From Parachlamydiales bacterium (GTDB lineage Bacteria; Chlamydiota; Chlamydiia; Chlamydiales; Rhabdochlamydiaceae), in NCBI GenBank assembly GCA_963705295.1, contig OY970065.1, forward strand, positions 32,001 through 96,000: DNA of 64,000 nt, given 5' to 3'. The position numbers and the translations under genes were made by a program. Each line of letters opens with the position of its first letter. The stretch's first letter is position 1. Under the pieces are notes generated by a model. It worked only from the letters and a program-made list of their open reading frames with translations, was not told the origin of the DNA and made no database searches. Of this stretch, positions 1 to 11,386 are shown piece after piece.

Positions 1-807
1 ATGACAGTTTTAATTAGTTTTAAGTTTGAAAAAGGGAAGTTATTTCAATTGGAGGGTCCGGAACCTACCCCCAAGTCATTAAAGAAGTTGATAAAAATTT
101 TTGGTAAGCTAGAAGAGACTGATACACAAAAATACGCTAGCCTACAAACCCATGCGCTCATGATAACAGTTCTCACGCAAAAGAACGGTTCTTATTGGGT
201 TGCCATCAAGGGGCATCCTAAGGAAGATATCGAGATGTGTATCATAAAAGAGGCAGCTTTAAAACTAGCAGGTATGGTTGCTGAGGAAGAGTTTCAATTT
301 TATGATGCACCTGAAACACACCACCCTGTTGAGAAGAGTTTAAAACCGATGTTAAAACCTCACGAAGTCGTGCGATTGATCCGTAGTCTTCCACCTGCTG
401 TTCAAATGAACTCCAAAGATATTACTTTTGGGGTCTTCCTCATGGACCATATTTTTACGAACCCCGCATGCACCTCTGAAAATGGATCTTTCAAATTTAC
501 TTTTCCTGCAGACAAGAAAATCCGTTTCAACAACGTTCCTGAAAAATATAAGGACGTAGAGGGGACTCATCTGATGATCGAGAAAGAAGTCGAAGGACGT
601 TATGCCACCGAAGAGCGGACGATTTATTTCACCAAAGGGATCACGATCAAAGGAAAAAAATGTTTTGTTCCGTTTACAGTTCGATTAAACAGTATTCAAA
701 CCAACGATAATTTAATTATTTTCTCAGGAGAAACTTTTTTAGGAAAAGAAACGGTTTCTTTTAACGCTCAAGAACTTGTCGATATCTTATCTTCAAACAT
801 GCAATAG
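1..807 (+). CDS. hypothetical protein (true start may lie at or before the window edge)
   Basis: 268-aa ORF, no recognisable motif; its 3' end overlaps the convergent SNF2 gene. Confidence 0.6.
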   Translation: MTVLISFKFEKGKLFQLEGPEPTPKSLKKLIKIFGKLEETDTQKYASLQTHALMITVLTQKNGSYWVAIKGHPKEDIEMCIIKEAALKLAGMVAEEEFQFYDAPETHHPVEKSLKPMLKPHEVVRLIRSLPPAVQMNSKDITFGVFLMDHIFTNPACTSENGSFKFTFPADKKIRFNNVPEKYKDVEGTHLMIEKEVEGRYATEERTIYFTKGITIKGKKCFVPFTVRLNSIQTNDNLIIFSGETFLGKETVSFNAQELVDILSSNMQ

Positions 808-3003
808 TGCATAAAGCTCTTCCATACTAATAGAACTTATTTCTTCATCAAATTCGAGTAAATTCTCGGAAAGAGATTGTTTGTGCAGTTGGAGTTTGAG
901 GATTTTTTCTTCGATCGTTTCGGTCATGAGATATTTTCGGGCAATCACACGGCTTTTGCGGCCGACCCGGTGGGCACGGTCAATAGCTTGTTTTTCTGCT
1001 GCAAGATTCCACCACGGATCGTATAGAAAGACGTAATCGGCGGCTTGAAGATTCAGACCGACTCCACCTGCTTTCAAGCTGATGAGAAAGATTTGGACCT
1101 TAGGATCTTCTTGAAAAGATGCGACGACATTTTCACGGTCCCATGTTTCACCGTCGAGATAGGCATAAGGCCAGCTCTTTTCCTCAAGCCATCTTTTAAA
1201 GAGCAAAAGCATCGAGGTGAATTGACTGTAAACAATCACTTTGTTTCCCGACAAAACAACATCTTCGATATCGGAACAAACCTTTTCGAATTTGGAGCTG
1301 GAACCTTCGTACTCTCCGGTGACAAGTTTGGGATGGCAACAAATCTGTTTTAGACGGAGGATCAGTTGCAAAACATCCACTTTTTGCGAGGAAAGTCGTC
1401 CTTTCCCCTGCTTTAAGAACGCGTCATAAAAATCCCGCTGCTCTTGATCACTATCTACCCAGACAATTTGTTCCACTTTTTCTGGAAGTTGAAGATCGAC
1501 CTCTTTTTTTGTTCGACGGAGGGTAAAGGGTCTAATCTTTTTTTGAACACGCTCCAGAATCGTCGACATTTTTCTTTCTCCTAAAAGGTCGGGCATCAAA
1601 AATCGGAAAATCGACCACAAATCTTCGTACCGATTTTCAATCGGTGTTCCCGTCAGGGCTAATTTAAAAGGAGCTCTCAGCCGGCACACGACTTCTGCTG
1701 TCAAAGAGTCGGGATTTTTGATCGCTTGAGCTTCATCGAGAATGATTGCACTCCACTCTTTCGACTCGAAGTCGAGTCGATTTTGCCGCAGTTTTGCATA
1801 CGACGTCAGCATGACATGATGAATCAATGTCGGCATGAATTTTTCAATTTCTCTTTTCCAATGAAACTGCAATGAAACGGGCATTACAATCAAAGCAGGC
1901 TCTTTCAAATCGAGCGTCGATAGGAAAGCTACCACTTGAATGGTTTTACCCAGACCCATTTCATCGGCAAGAAGTCCTGAAAACCGGGATCTGTAAAGAT
2001 AAGACAACCACTCAAATCCTTTCTGCTGATACGGGAAAAGATCTCCTTGAAAAGCCGTGGAAGGGACAACATTTTCCCAAGATGCAACTTGATATTCGGG
2101 TGGCATGGAAACGATATCTTCTAATAAACCAACATGATTTCTTTTGATGAGAATGCCTTCCTTAGAGACTTCTTCCTCAGCAAGAGGTGTCCACTCGGCT
2201 GGAATTTCGAGAAGACCGACTTCGGATGGACTTAAATTAACAAATTTTTCTCTTCGATTGAAACTCCCCATGACATCTTGAATACTCGCCTCATGGTCGC
2301 CATATTGCACCCTTCCTCGGACGACGATGGAATCATTTTTCAATTCTGAACTGAGCTCTTCTGATGTTTTCCTGACAACTTTTTTTCCTTGAAAATCTAA
2401 AATGGTCCATCCGACATCCAGAAGAAACGTGAGACTTTTGACAACTTTATCCATCGGACAGAAGTAGTGGGAATCACCTACTTTTTTCTTGATAAAATCG
2501 GTCTCTAAGAGATCTTTTTCCCAAAAAGTTTCTTCACGAGTTGTTACCTGATTTTCGACTTTTCCAAAGGGACCATAGTCCATCCACAGATCAGCAAACG
2601 CACCTGTTCGATCCTTCAGGACCAAAATGGGGAGCGGATCGGGTTTCCATTTGGGAATGGGGCATTTCCAAATGACTCGCTCCTCCTGAAGTTGGTCAAA
2701 CCATTCCTTTAACTGTGGCAATGTTAGAATTTCCGAACGGTCCATCCAGTCACTTTCTTCTTTCCAAAATCGGAAAATCTGCCCCTCTAAGACACCCGTC
2801 TTGAATACCTGGCAAGACGTTTCTCGAGAACCGATATAAATCAATCTTTTGAGACAATAATCTTGTCCCGCTGCTTCGACCTGAAAGACGACTTCGGCAG
2901 ACTGAAACGGATCTAGAGAGACTTTCTTTCCTTCCCATGCAAGCTGACCCTTCAAGGCAAGCTGCCTGATCTCTTCCTTCGAGGACTTAAGCAAGGTGAA
3001 CAC
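793..3003 (-). CDS. SNF2/SWI2-family helicase-like ATPase
   Basis: LLADEMGLGKT (motif I), ILDEAQAIKN (II), LTGTPIEN (III), SLKAGGVGLNL (V), QAIDRAHRVG (VI). Confidence 0.9.
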   Translation of the reverse strand: MFTLLKSSKEEIRQLALKGQLAWEGKKVSLDPFQSAEVVFQVEAAGQDYCLKRLIYIGSRETSCQVFKTGVLEGQIFRFWKEESDWMDRSEILTLPQLKEWFDQLQEERVIWKCPIPKWKPDPLPILVLKDRTGAFADLWMDYGPFGKVENQVTTREETFWEKDLLETDFIKKKVGDSHYFCPMDKVVKSLTFLLDVGWTILDFQGKKVVRKTSEELSSELKNDSIVVRGRVQYGDHEASIQDVMGSFNRREKFVNLSPSEVGLLEIPAEWTPLAEEEVSKEGILIKRNHVGLLEDIVSMPPEYQVASWENVVPSTAFQGDLFPYQQKGFEWLSYLYRSRFSGLLADEMGLGKTIQVVAFLSTLDLKEPALIVMPVSLQFHWKREIEKFMPTLIHHVMLTSYAKLRQNRLDFESKEWSAIILDEAQAIKNPDSLTAEVVCRLRAPFKLALTGTPIENRYEDLWSIFRFLMPDLLGERKMSTILERVQKKIRPFTLRRTKKEVDLQLPEKVEQIVWVDSDQEQRDFYDAFLKQGKGRLSSQKVDVLQLILRLKQICCHPKLVTGEYEGSSSKFEKVCSDIEDVVLSGNKVIVYSQFTSMLLLFKRWLEEKSWPYAYLDGETWDRENVVASFQEDPKVQIFLISLKAGGVGLNLQAADYVFLYDPWWNLAAEKQAIDRAHRVGRKSRVIARKYLMTETIEEKILKLQLHKQSLSENLLEFDEEISSISMEELYALLHV

Positions 3004-3904
3004 GCCTAAAAGGTTTGGGACGGTCGGTTCTTTGGAAGGGTCGAAGCCGCGGTGCCGATTGACACGCCTGAGAGCAACACCCTACTGTCTTTTCGGCACA
3101 AGCAAGACAGCTGAGGAAAAGCTCGTTGCAATCCATATTGGCACAGTTGAAATACAGATCGGATTTTTCCCTGCAATGAAGACATTCTCCAATCACTTCA
3201 GATTTTTCATCGATCGGTACTGCCAGACGGTCATCAAAAACAAACAACTTTCCTTTCCAATGCTCACTTCCTTCTTCAAGTCCGTAGTGGATGACCCCGC
3301 CTTGCAGCTGGTAGATGTTCTCAAACCCTTCTTGTTTCAAAAGAGCAGAATAGACTTCACACCGGATTCCGCCCGTACAATACATCATGATTTTGGTTTT
3401 TTTAGGATCTTTCTTTTGGCTGAGCTGTTTGGCATACGCAGGAAATTCACGGAATTGATTCAGCGGAGGCGTTTCAGCCCCTTCAAAATGTCCAATTTTC
3501 CACTCATAAACATTTCTTACATCGAGAAGAACGGTTTCTTCGTCTCGGGTTTCCAGCATTTCTTTCCATTTTTTAGGAGAGACATGTTCCCCTCTTTGAC
3601 CCATATCGACCGGAGCATCGATCGCCACCAGCTGGGTCCTGGTTTTCACCGTAGCCCTGGGAAAGCAGTGTTCGTGGTAAGTATGAATTTTAAATTCTAT
3701 CCCTTCGAACCGGGGATCGGCATGCATCCAGTCGATATACGCCTTGGCTACCTCAGGAGGGGCACTCATCTGCCCGTTAATCCCTTCCGTAGAGATGTAA
3801 ATTCTTCCTTTAATATCCCGCGATGAAAAAAATTCTTTATGCCTAAGAACTTCCAAGGGAGGATTCTCAATCGGTGTGAAGTAATAAAAGGCTAAGATCC
3901 ACAT
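2987..3904 (-). CDS. trhO: rhodanese-domain tRNA U34 hydroxylase TrhO (YceA/UPF0176)
   Basis: KGRIYISTEGING, LLDVRNVYEWKIGHF, MYCTGGIRCE, WKGKLFVFDDR, Cys-rich C-terminus; divergent from rpsD. Confidence 0.9.
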   Translation of the reverse strand: MWILAFYYFTPIENPPLEVLRHKEFFSSRDIKGRIYISTEGINGQMSAPPEVAKAYIDWMHADPRFEGIEFKIHTYHEHCFPRATVKTRTQLVAIDAPVDMGQRGEHVSPKKWKEMLETRDEETVLLDVRNVYEWKIGHFEGAETPPLNQFREFPAYAKQLSQKKDPKKTKIMMYCTGGIRCEVYSALLKQEGFENIYQLQGGVIHYGLEEGSEHWKGKLFVFDDRLAVPIDEKSEVIGECLHCREKSDLYFNCANMDCNELFLSCLACAEKTVGCCSQACQSAPRLRPFQRTDRPKPFRRVHLA

Positions 3905-3975
3905 AGGAGAATTATCAGCTTGTTAAAAATTTAAAGCTAGTCTAACATTATCCATCTTATTGGAGAAAATATACA

Positions 3976-4596
3976 ATGGTACGTTACACTGGCCCTAAAA
4001 ATCGGATTGCAAGGCGCTTTGGCATCAACATCTTTGGCCGTGCCCGCAACCCCCTTCTTCATAAAGCCAATCCTCCTGGACAACATGGCGCTAAGAGAAA
4101 GAAAAAGTCTGATATCGGCATTCAGCTCGATGAAAAGCAAAAACTCCGCGCTGTTTACGGCATGCTTCCACAAAAACAACTCGTCCGTTATTATCAAGAA
4201 GCCCTCAAGAAAAAAGGGGTCACCGCACACCTGTTTCTCCGACGTCTCGAGTGCCGCTTGGACAACATCGTCTATAGACTCAAATTCGCACCGACCATTT
4301 TCGCAGCACAGCAGCTCGTCTCTCATGGGCATGTCTATGTGAACGGAAAAAAAGTCGATAGACGTTCGTTCGAAGTCCGACCTGGAATGACGATTTCTAT
4401 CAAAGCGAAATCGCAACAGCTGGGCCTGGTCAAACATGCTCTAGAAAGTGGCGTCCGTGACGTCCCTGAATACCTCTCCCTCGATGCAGCCGGTTTCAGC
4501 GGAACACTTGCGTCTGAGCCAAATCTAGATCAAGTTCCGTTTCCCCTCCCTATCAATATATCACTCGTGTGCGAGCACCTGGCTCACACAACATAA
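3976..4596 (+). CDS. rpsD: 30S ribosomal protein S4
   Basis: [42 protein letters not shown]. Confidence 0.98.
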   Translation: MVRYTGPKNRIARRFGINIFGRARNPLLHKANPPGQHGAKRKKKSDIGIQLDEKQKLRAVYGMLPQKQLVRYYQEALKKKGVTAHLFLRRLECRLDNIVYRLKFAPTIFAAQQLVSHGHVYVNGKKVDRRSFEVRPGMTISIKAKSQQLGLVKHALESGVRDVPEYLSLDAAGFSGTLASEPNLDQVPFPLPINISLVCEHLAHTT

Positions 4597-4600
4597 AGTC

Positions 4601-4658
4601 TAACTCCTTCGCCGAAGCATACCCCTCCCCTCCTTTTTGGCGAAGGGGTTATTTTTTT
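4601..4658 (+). terminator. intrinsic terminator of rpsD
   Basis: TAACTCCTTCGCCGAA pairs with TTTGGCGAAGGGGTTA (G-U allowed), followed by a T7 run. Confidence 0.7.
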
Positions 4659-4662
4659 ATCC

Positions 4663-5112
4663 CTAAATAATCTGATTCAAATGGTAGCCTTGATTCACAA
4701 ACGTGATATCAGGAGATGGTGGACTTTCTCCATCCTGCATCCGCTGGATCCAAACAGCGTACGCTTTTTGCTCGTACTCCGTTCTCCGTTTGAGATGGTT
4801 GAGTGCATGACCATAGAGGACAATTGCATCAAAGAAGTAACCTTGAAGTGCTTCTCTTCCACTTGCACGCAAATCGAGCTCGAACTTAATCTGTTCTTCA
4901 CGTGCTCGGAAGATATAATACGTTTGTGGATCGAATGTTTTCGCCGGTCGCTGCTCAGAGAGTTTGCTCAGTTCTTTTAGTTTTCGATGAACAAAGGAAC
5001 TCAGATCTGTTTCATTTGTTTTAGGAGATTCAGGTTCACACCGATCCCACCGTTCGTAATTGGTATTTATTTCCATAAGAAGCATCGTAAAAGTGTGATC
5101 GAAAACGGTCAA
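4663..5112 (-). CDS. hypothetical protein
   Basis: 149-aa ORF (TTG start) filling the gap between rpsD and the next gene; no motif. Confidence 0.5.
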   Translation of the reverse strand: MTVFDHTFTMLLMEINTNYERWDRCEPESPKTNETDLSSFVHRKLKELSKLSEQRPAKTFDPQTYYIFRAREEQIKFELDLRASGREALQGYFFDAIVLYGHALNHLKRRTEYEQKAYAVWIQRMQDGESPPSPDITFVNQGYHLNQII

Positions 5113-5197
5113 TGATTTTTTTCAGATGAAATTAAAGGAGACGTTAAGATATAGTGATCGACGTATGACATTATTAAAACCAAAAAGGAGTCTAAAG

Positions 5198-6016
5198 ATG
5201 AAACAAACATCTATGACATTGCTAGCGACTGCAGCATTTCTTTCTCTCTCCTCACTTGTAGGAGCTGATGAAGTTGCTACGGTTCCAACCGAGAATATTC
5301 CTATTCCAACCAATCGTGTCTATGCAGGTCCAGAATTTTTCTGGTCGCATTTTCGTGGTGAGCTCGACTCTAAACACGACGTCATCGATTACGAACTCAA
5401 AAACAACTCGTATTATGGCGGTATCCGACTTGGATATGAATACTTAAAACCTGATGCGTTTTATGCAAACACAGATATTCTTCTCGCTCTTGGAGAAGAC
5501 CATGGAAAACTCAGCAAAGAAAAAGGACCCAAAAGAAAAGAAAAGAAACTTTGGGAAAAAACAAAAGATGTTTTCCGTGGAAACCATGCTCACTTCTGGA
5601 GCCAGTATGAGCAACGGTTCGGATATACTTGGAGCAGCACAATCCTTCCAACATGCACCCTCACATGGTATGGAGCACCTGGATTTCACCTTGAGCATGA
5701 ACGATCAAAAAATGCTTATTGGTGGTATGCAGCAACAGGTTTGAAAACCCTGCAACAATTCTGTAAAAACTTCTTCATGGGTCTTGATTTCAAAGTGATG
5801 TATAACTTTGCAGCACATGATGAACATCAATTGATTAAGCCTACGACTCTCGGAAGAAAACAATTCTGGGGATATCAAGTCGACGTTCCTTTCAAATGGA
5901 CCGTTGGCGACAGCCAAGCCTTTGATGTCGAAGTTAAACCGTATCTCTTAAAACTCAATACTCTCAGCCCAGAAACCATTTTGGGTATCCGAGTTGAGTT
6001 AGGGTACAACTTCTAA
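5198..6016 (+). CDS. outer-membrane beta-barrel protein
   Basis: ATG 5198 after AAGGAG; signal peptide; alternating aromatic beta-strands; C-terminal beta-signal LGIRVELGYNF. Confidence 0.75.
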   Translation: MKQTSMTLLATAAFLSLSSLVGADEVATVPTENIPIPTNRVYAGPEFFWSHFRGELDSKHDVIDYELKNNSYYGGIRLGYEYLKPDAFYANTDILLALGEDHGKLSKEKGPKRKEKKLWEKTKDVFRGNHAHFWSQYEQRFGYTWSSTILPTCTLTWYGAPGFHLEHERSKNAYWWYAATGLKTLQQFCKNFFMGLDFKVMYNFAAHDEHQLIKPTTLGRKQFWGYQVDVPFKWTVGDSQAFDVEVKPYLLKLNTLSPETILGIRVELGYNF

Positions 6017-6023
6017 TCCCTAT

Positions 6024-6051
6024 GATGGACCCCCATTTCGATGGGGGCATC
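6024..6051 (+). terminator. stem-loop after the beta-barrel gene
   Basis: CCCCCAT-TTCG-ATGGGGG hairpin extended by GATG/CATC; U-tract is weak. Confidence 0.5.
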
Positions 6052-6145
6052 TAAGCTTTAATTCCTTGAGCATCAGCTGTTAGCAATAATTTTACGACAT
6101 ATTTATGCTGATTTTGTCATAAAAATTGTCGCAAAAACGTCATAA

Positions 6146-6301
6146 AAAGGTGATTTCACAATTCAAGACTATGAGTCCCTCTGCCCAGGGATAAACAGAC
6201 GATCTTTGCAAAGAGACCTATCCGATCTCATAAAAAAAGGTCTTATTACTCAAGAAGGGATTAAAAAAGCAGCACGTTACAGAGTTAACCGGTTGCATTG
6301 A
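6146..6301 (+). pseudogene. start-less winged-HTH fragment, resembling the C-terminus of Fic-family proteins
   Basis: Hand translation [51 protein letters not shown]; in-frame TAA at 6143; absent from the ORF track. Confidence 0.6.
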
Positions 6302-9113
6302 TACCTAAAATTTGCCTGAGCACATAAGGCATAATACCCCCATGATGGTAGTAATCGACTTCGATGGGGGTATCTAATCTGACGATCAATGGGACCATTC
6401 TAGTTTGTCCATTTTTTTCGACTTTGAGCTGAACCTCGCTTCTGGGACCGAGGGTTCCTTCGACTGAAAAAATTTCTTCGCCGGTGATTCCTAGCGAGTC
6501 AGTACTTTCGTCATTCTTGAATTCTAAGGGAAGTACACCCATCCCAATCAAATTGCTCCGATGGATCCTCTCAAAACTCCGCGCAACGACAACGCGCACG
6601 CCGAGTAGAGCTGTCCCTTTAGCAGCCCAGTCTCGAGAACTGCCCATCCCATAATCTTTTCCAGCAAAAACAATGAGGGGGATATTTTCTCCCATATATT
6701 GTTGGCTCGCTTCGAAAATCGTGGTGATGGTTCCGTCCAAGAGAAATTTGGTATACCCTCCCTCTTTTCCCCCCGCCATTTTGTTCCGAATGCGAACATT
6801 GGCAAAGGTGCCTCGCATCATCACGTTGTGATTTCCGCGCCTACTTCCATAGCTATTAAAATCTTGGGGTTTGACGCCCAAAGAAAGGAGATATTTTCCA
6901 GCGGGGGTCTCTTCAGAAAAAGCCCCAGCAGGTGAAATGTGGTCCGTCGTGACAGAATCTCCAAAAATCGCCAATCCTCGCATCCCTGATAGTTGGGGAG
7001 AAGGTGGTAAGGTTTTTGAAAAGTTATCAAAATAAGGTGGCTTTTGAATATAGGTGCTTTTCGGATCCCATGGGTATTGGGCGGTTTTTGTCACCTTCAT
7101 CTGTTGCCAGACAGGATTATCTTGCATGATAAATGAGTACCGCTTCTTAAACATCTCGGGTTGGAGAAATTGCTCAATCTCCTTCTGTATTTCTGCAGAG
7201 GTTGGCCAGATATCTTTGAGGAAAACCGGATTTCCTTGATTATCGTCACCGACCGGTTCCTTATCAAAATCAATTTGCACTCTGCCTGCAATAGCAAAGG
7301 CAACAACGAGGGGTGGAGACATCAAAAAGTTGGCTTTAACTGCGCTATGGATTCTCGCTTCAAAATTCCGATTACCACTTAAAACGCTGGCTGCAATGAT
7401 ATCGTACTGTGAAATGGCTTTGTCAATCCTCTCTTCTAAGGGTCCACTATTTCCGATACACGTCGTGCATCCATAAGCAACCAATTGAAATCCCAGTTTA
7501 TCCAGATATTCTTGGAGCCCACTTTTCTGCAAATAATCGGTGACAACACGCGATCCGGGGGCCAAGCTCGTCTTGACCATCGAATTCACTTTTAAACCTT
7601 TTTCTACGGCCTTTTTCGCAAGCAAACCAGCTCCCAACATCACACTCGGATTACTCGTATTGGTACAACTGGTGATCGCAGCAATAACCACTGAGCCGTG
7701 CTCTAAAACAATATCGACCTTTTTTTCATCGGCATATCCTGGACTGACCACCGCTTCTGTAAACGGCCGGTTGGTCACCATCTCATCTTCACTCCAGGGT
7801 AAAACACCTCCTCCATTGAGAAATTGTTTCCCACCCGTTTCATGATGAACATTCGGTGAAAAAATTCCCGATTCGTGAATAAAAACTCTCCGGCGGAGTT
7901 CGTTTTTATCTTTCGCGTACCCACCCTCTGGCACAGGAGCCGTGAGCAAATCTTCAAATTTTTCCTTGAGATCTTGAAGTACAATCCGATCTTGCGGCCG
8001 TTTCGGTCCAGCGACACACCCTGTCACTGTCTGGAGATCGAGCTGCAACACCTTCGTGTAGTCGATCTCCCCCTTGCGAGGAATTCCAAAAAGCCCTTGA
8101 GCTTTTAAATAATCTTTGACTTGGCTGATATGGTCTTCACTTCTTCCCGTCATCCTCAAATAATCGAGTGTTTTCTCATCGCTCGGAAAAAATCCCATGG
8201 TTGCTCCATACTCCGGAGACATATTTCCAATTGTCGCCCGATCTGCCACCGACAATGTCTCTGTCCCCTCGCCAAAAAACTCGACAAATTTCCCGACAAC
8301 TTTTTCCTTTCTCAAAAGCTCCGTGATCCGCAACGTCAAATCGGTCGCCGTCACCCCTTCCTTCAATTTTCCACTCAAATGAACCCCGATGACTTCGGGC
8401 GTTTGAATCGATACAGGCTGCCCCAGCATCGCCGCCTCAGCCTCAATCCCTCCCACTCCCCAACCGACAACTCCCAAACCATTAATCATCGTGGTATGCG
8501 AATCAGTCCCTACCAATGTATCAGGAAAAAGGACCCCATTTTCTTCAATCACCACCGACGCTATATGTTCCAAATTGACCTGATGACAAATTCCAATCCC
8601 GGGAGGTACCACTTTAAAAGTCTTAAAAGCCTCCTGCCCCCATTTCAGAAACTCATACCGTTCTTTATTCCGCTGAAATTCGATCTCCAAATTAAACATG
8701 AAAGCATCATTCGTCCCCGACCTGTCAACCTGCACCGAATGATCCACCACCAAATCGACCGGCACATCCGGCTCAATCGAGCTCGCCTTCGCCCCTTGAT
8801 CTCCTATCGCATCGCGCATCGCTGCCAAATCGACCAGCAGCGGCACACCCGTAAAATCTTGCAACAACACCCGCGCCACAATAAACGGAACATCCCTCTC
8901 CGATGGCTTCATTGCATTCCACTTCGCCAACGCCTCAACATCTTCCCTCTTCACCTTCACATCATCACAATTCCGCAGCACTGACTCCAACATGATCCGT
9001 ATCGACACCGGAAGCCTCTTGATTTTCCCCATCCCTTGCTCTTCGAGCGCCGGCAAAGAATAATACTGTTTCCCAGACTCCAGTTTCTTAAGCGTCTTGA
9101 AATGATCTTGCAT
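6285..9113 (-). CDS. acnA: aconitate hydratase A
   Basis: [69 protein letters not shown]. Confidence 0.97.
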   Translation of the reverse strand: MQDHFKTLKKLESGKQYYSLPALEEQGMGKIKRLPVSIRIMLESVLRNCDDVKVKREDVEALAKWNAMKPSERDVPFIVARVLLQDFTGVPLLVDLAAMRDAIGDQGAKASSIEPDVPVDLVVDHSVQVDRSGTNDAFMFNLEIEFQRNKERYEFLKWGQEAFKTFKVVPPGIGICHQVNLEHIASVVIEENGVLFPDTLVGTDSHTTMINGLGVVGWGVGGIEAEAAMLGQPVSIQTPEVIGVHLSGKLKEGVTATDLTLRITELLRKEKVVGKFVEFFGEGTETLSVADRATIGNMSPEYGATMGFFPSDEKTLDYLRMTGRSEDHISQVKDYLKAQGLFGIPRKGEIDYTKVLQLDLQTVTGCVAGPKRPQDRIVLQDLKEKFEDLLTAPVPEGGYAKDKNELRRRVFIHESGIFSPNVHHETGGKQFLNGGGVLPWSEDEMVTNRPFTEAVVSPGYADEKKVDIVLEHGSVVIAAITSCTNTSNPSVMLGAGLLAKKAVEKGLKVNSMVKTSLAPGSRVVTDYLQKSGLQEYLDKLGFQLVAYGCTTCIGNSGPLEERIDKAISQYDIIAASVLSGNRNFEARIHSAVKANFLMSPPLVVAFAIAGRVQIDFDKEPVGDDNQGNPVFLKDIWPTSAEIQKEIEQFLQPEMFKKRYSFIMQDNPVWQQMKVTKTAQYPWDPKSTYIQKPPYFDNFSKTLPPSPQLSGMRGLAIFGDSVTTDHISPAGAFSEETPAGKYLLSLGVKPQDFNSYGSRRGNHNVMMRGTFANVRIRNKMAGGKEGGYTKFLLDGTITTIFEASQQYMGENIPLIVFAGKDYGMGSSRDWAAKGTALLGVRVVVARSFERIHRSNLIGMGVLPLEFKNDESTDSLGITGEEIFSVEGTLGPRSEVQLKVEKNGQTRMVPLIVRLDTPIEVDYYHHGGIMPYVLRQILGINATG

Positions 9114-9172
9114 AAAGCCTTCTTTTCTTCCGATATAGCTTATAGTGACAAAAAAGTCTTAGAAAAAAGTTA

Positions 9173-9202
9173 TTGACATAATGTAACCAAATACATTACA
9201 AT
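9173..9202 (+). promoter_or_regulatory. sigma70/sigma66-type promoter of higBA with palindromic operator
   Basis: TTGACA(9173)-18 bp-TACAAT(9197); inverted repeat TAATGTA-N6-TACATTA (9179-9198) between the boxes. Confidence 0.7.
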
Positions 9203-9220
9203 GAGAGCAATTGAGACAAT

Positions 9221-9502
9221 GTGGCGATAAAATCTTTTAAGCACAAAGGGCTGAGAAAGTTTTTTGAATCAGGGAGTAAGGCTGGCATTCAAGCTGCTCA
9301 TCTAAAAAGGATTAAACTTATTTTAGATCTTTTGAATGCTGCTACTGAACCAAAAGATATGAACTTTCCTGGATCGGATTTTCACCCTTTGAAGGGTGAT
9401 CTTAAAGGATTTTATTCGGTCCATGTGAATGGGAACTGGACGATTATTTTTATGTTTGATAAAGGGGAACCATATAACATAGATTTAATCGATTATCATT
9501 AA
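9221..9502 (+). CDS. higB: HigB (RelE-like, plasmid killer type) toxin
   Basis: IKSFKHKGLRKFF...HPLKGDLKGFYSVHVNGNWTIIF; toxin-first order. Confidence 0.92.
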   Translation: MAIKSFKHKGLRKFFESGSKAGIQAAHLKRIKLILDLLNAATEPKDMNFPGSDFHPLKGDLKGFYSVHVNGNWTIIFMFDKGEPYNIDLIDYH

Positions 9503-9514
9503 TGGAGAATTATT

Positions 9515-9850
9515 ATGACTAAAAAAAGGAAACCGACACATCCAGGAGAGATCCTTGACGAACTCTATATTAAACCGCTTAAGCTCAATTTACAAAAACT
9601 TGCTGATAGACTTGGTATTGCTCGAAATACGTTATTCAAAATCAGGGCACGTGAGGCTAGCATTACTCCATTTCTAGCCCTTTCTCTGGCAGAAGCTTTT
9701 GATACTACACCTCAGCTATGGCTTAATCTACAAAATAATTACGATCTTTGGGTTGAGCAGCACGATCATATTCACATTATTCCCATTCTGAAGAATGGCG
9801 AAATTCTCCCAATCAAACAGAACATTGGGATCGCACGTCTTTCAGCCTAA
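9515..9850 (+). CDS. higA: HigA antitoxin (Xre HTH)
   Basis: PTHPGEIL, HTH, TTPQLWLNLQNNYDLW. Confidence 0.92.
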   Translation: MTKKRKPTHPGEILDELYIKPLKLNLQKLADRLGIARNTLFKIRAREASITPFLALSLAEAFDTTPQLWLNLQNNYDLWVEQHDHIHIIPILKNGEILPIKQNIGIARLSA

Positions 9851-9889
9851 AAAAGCCAATGCCAGAAATAGCACTGGCTTTAGGAGAAA

Positions 9890-11386
9890 TCAATCAAAGA
9901 AATTGGCAGGGATCACCGTTCCAAAAACCTGCACCAGAACATCATTGGGATCATTGCGGGCATCTAGCCATGCAACACCAATGTTACCTGTTGTTTGATC
10001 GATGGCGATTTGAGGTTCGTATTGCGTGTGTTTATTTTTGGTGATTTGAAATGGCTCGCTCCAGGTTTGGCCATCATCATCTGTAAAAGCAATAAAGATG
10101 TCGGTATTGTTCGGTTCATTCACAGGATCGAGATTATCAACATAGACCATGTAGGCACGGCCGAAGTGTTTTTTATGGGACACATAGGCAAGTCTGGGCT
10201 GACACCAGGTCTTACGATCGGGCTGAGGAGGATAGGTGGCAAAATACCCAACATTGACATCTCCAAAAAGTTGAAACTGGGTATCTTTAGGTATTTTCTT
10301 TGCTCCTTTTGGAATAAAAGAAGTCCATATAGTTGAATGATCTTGGATCGTGCTTCCCAATTCGCCATTGAAGGATGCTTGAGAAATTAAGATTCCCCCT
10401 GTTGGATTAATTGCTACGGAACCATAGCCGCCTTTTAATCCTTCAGGATTCTGAATATGAACTGGGTCTCCGAGTTGTCCATTTTTTTTCTTGGGAAAGA
10501 TAAATATTTGCGAAGGATTTTGTGTACTAGCAGCTGTAGAAACATTTCCCTGATTAAAAACACTTGCAAGCCAAACAACTTGATCATCGCCAGCAGCCAG
10601 TAAAGGATAATCATATGCAGCTTGTTTTTTACCTAATTTGATAGGATTGAAAACATATTGAACTTCGAAAGTTTTTCCATGATCTTCACTCATTGCAAGA
10701 ATTCCCATAAGAGGATGTTTACGGTTAACACTAAATACATCAAAAATACTATGAGTAAATATTGTTAAATAGGTTATATAAAGATGACCCTGAGAATCAT
10801 AAACAAGACGAAAATCTCCATTATCAAATCCTAAGGGCAATTTATTTTTGGAATTTCGAGGATTGAATATTCGGGCAAGACTTTTATTTTGTACCCAAGT
10901 TTCTCCACCATCGGATGTATTTGCAAATAACATTCCTTTGCTGAACTGATGTATTTGTCCCAAAGGCTTATTTACAAAAGAAAGAGGAACATTAAAAGAA
11001 CATACTGAAATATTATTCTTATTTGTTTTGTCTATGGCTAAAGTCGGTTCACCTTGAAAATTAAAACGATGAGGGGCAATGACCAGATTTTGACTGACGA
11101 TCACATCGTGTGGATTATTCACTTGGATAGAACTATAACCCAGGTTTGAGGTGGGTGCAGGAGGATGATTCACTAAAAGCTGAGAATTATCCGCCCAAAC
11201 ACATCCGATCTTTCCATCATGAAAATCAAATCCGAAATATTCCAAAAAGTCCGCTCCAAGTGCCGGTAGAGTTGCCGGTCCATCTGACTGGAACTCCGCT
11301 ATCTGAAAAATATGCAGATCTTTTGCCTCAAGACTTGTCAAAAGGGCAAAAATTGAAATGAGCAATGCACTCCATTTTCTTAACAT
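9890..11386 (-). CDS. secreted BNR/Asp-box (sialidase-like beta-propeller) protein
   Basis: Start moved to ATG 11386 (GGAGG RBS, signal peptide MLRKWSALL...LEA); Asp-boxes TSDGGETW, SEDHGKTF, TDDDGQTW. Confidence 0.75.
   Translation of the reverse strand: MLRKWSALLISIFALLTSLEAKDLHIFQIAEFQSDGPATLPALGADFLEYFGFDFHDGKIGCVWADNSQLLVNHPPAPTSNLGYSSIQVNNPHDVIVSQNLVIAPHRFNFQGEPTLAIDKTNKNNISVCSFNVPLSFVNKPLGQIHQFSKGMLFANTSDGGETWVQNKSLARIFNPRNSKNKLPLGFDNGDFRLVYDSQGHLYITYLTIFTHSIFDVFSVNRKHPLMGILAMSEDHGKTFEVQYVFNPIKLGKKQAAYDYPLLAAGDDQVVWLASVFNQGNVSTAASTQNPSQIFIFPKKKNGQLGDPVHIQNPEGLKGGYGSVAINPTGGILISQASFNGELGSTIQDHSTIWTSFIPKGAKKIPKDTQFQLFGDVNVGYFATYPPQPDRKTWCQPRLAYVSHKKHFGRAYMVYVDNLDPVNEPNNTDIFIAFTDDDGQTWSEPFQITKNKHTQYEPQIAIDQTTGNIGVAWLDARNDPNDVLVQVFGTVIPANFFD

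Noticed and set aside
2996..3826. 276-aa + strand ORF
   Set aside because: Antisense shadow of trhO; no motifs.
8121..8984. 287-aa His/Arg/Pro-rich + strand ORF
   Set aside because: Antisense shadow of acnA, produced by the local C-rich skew.
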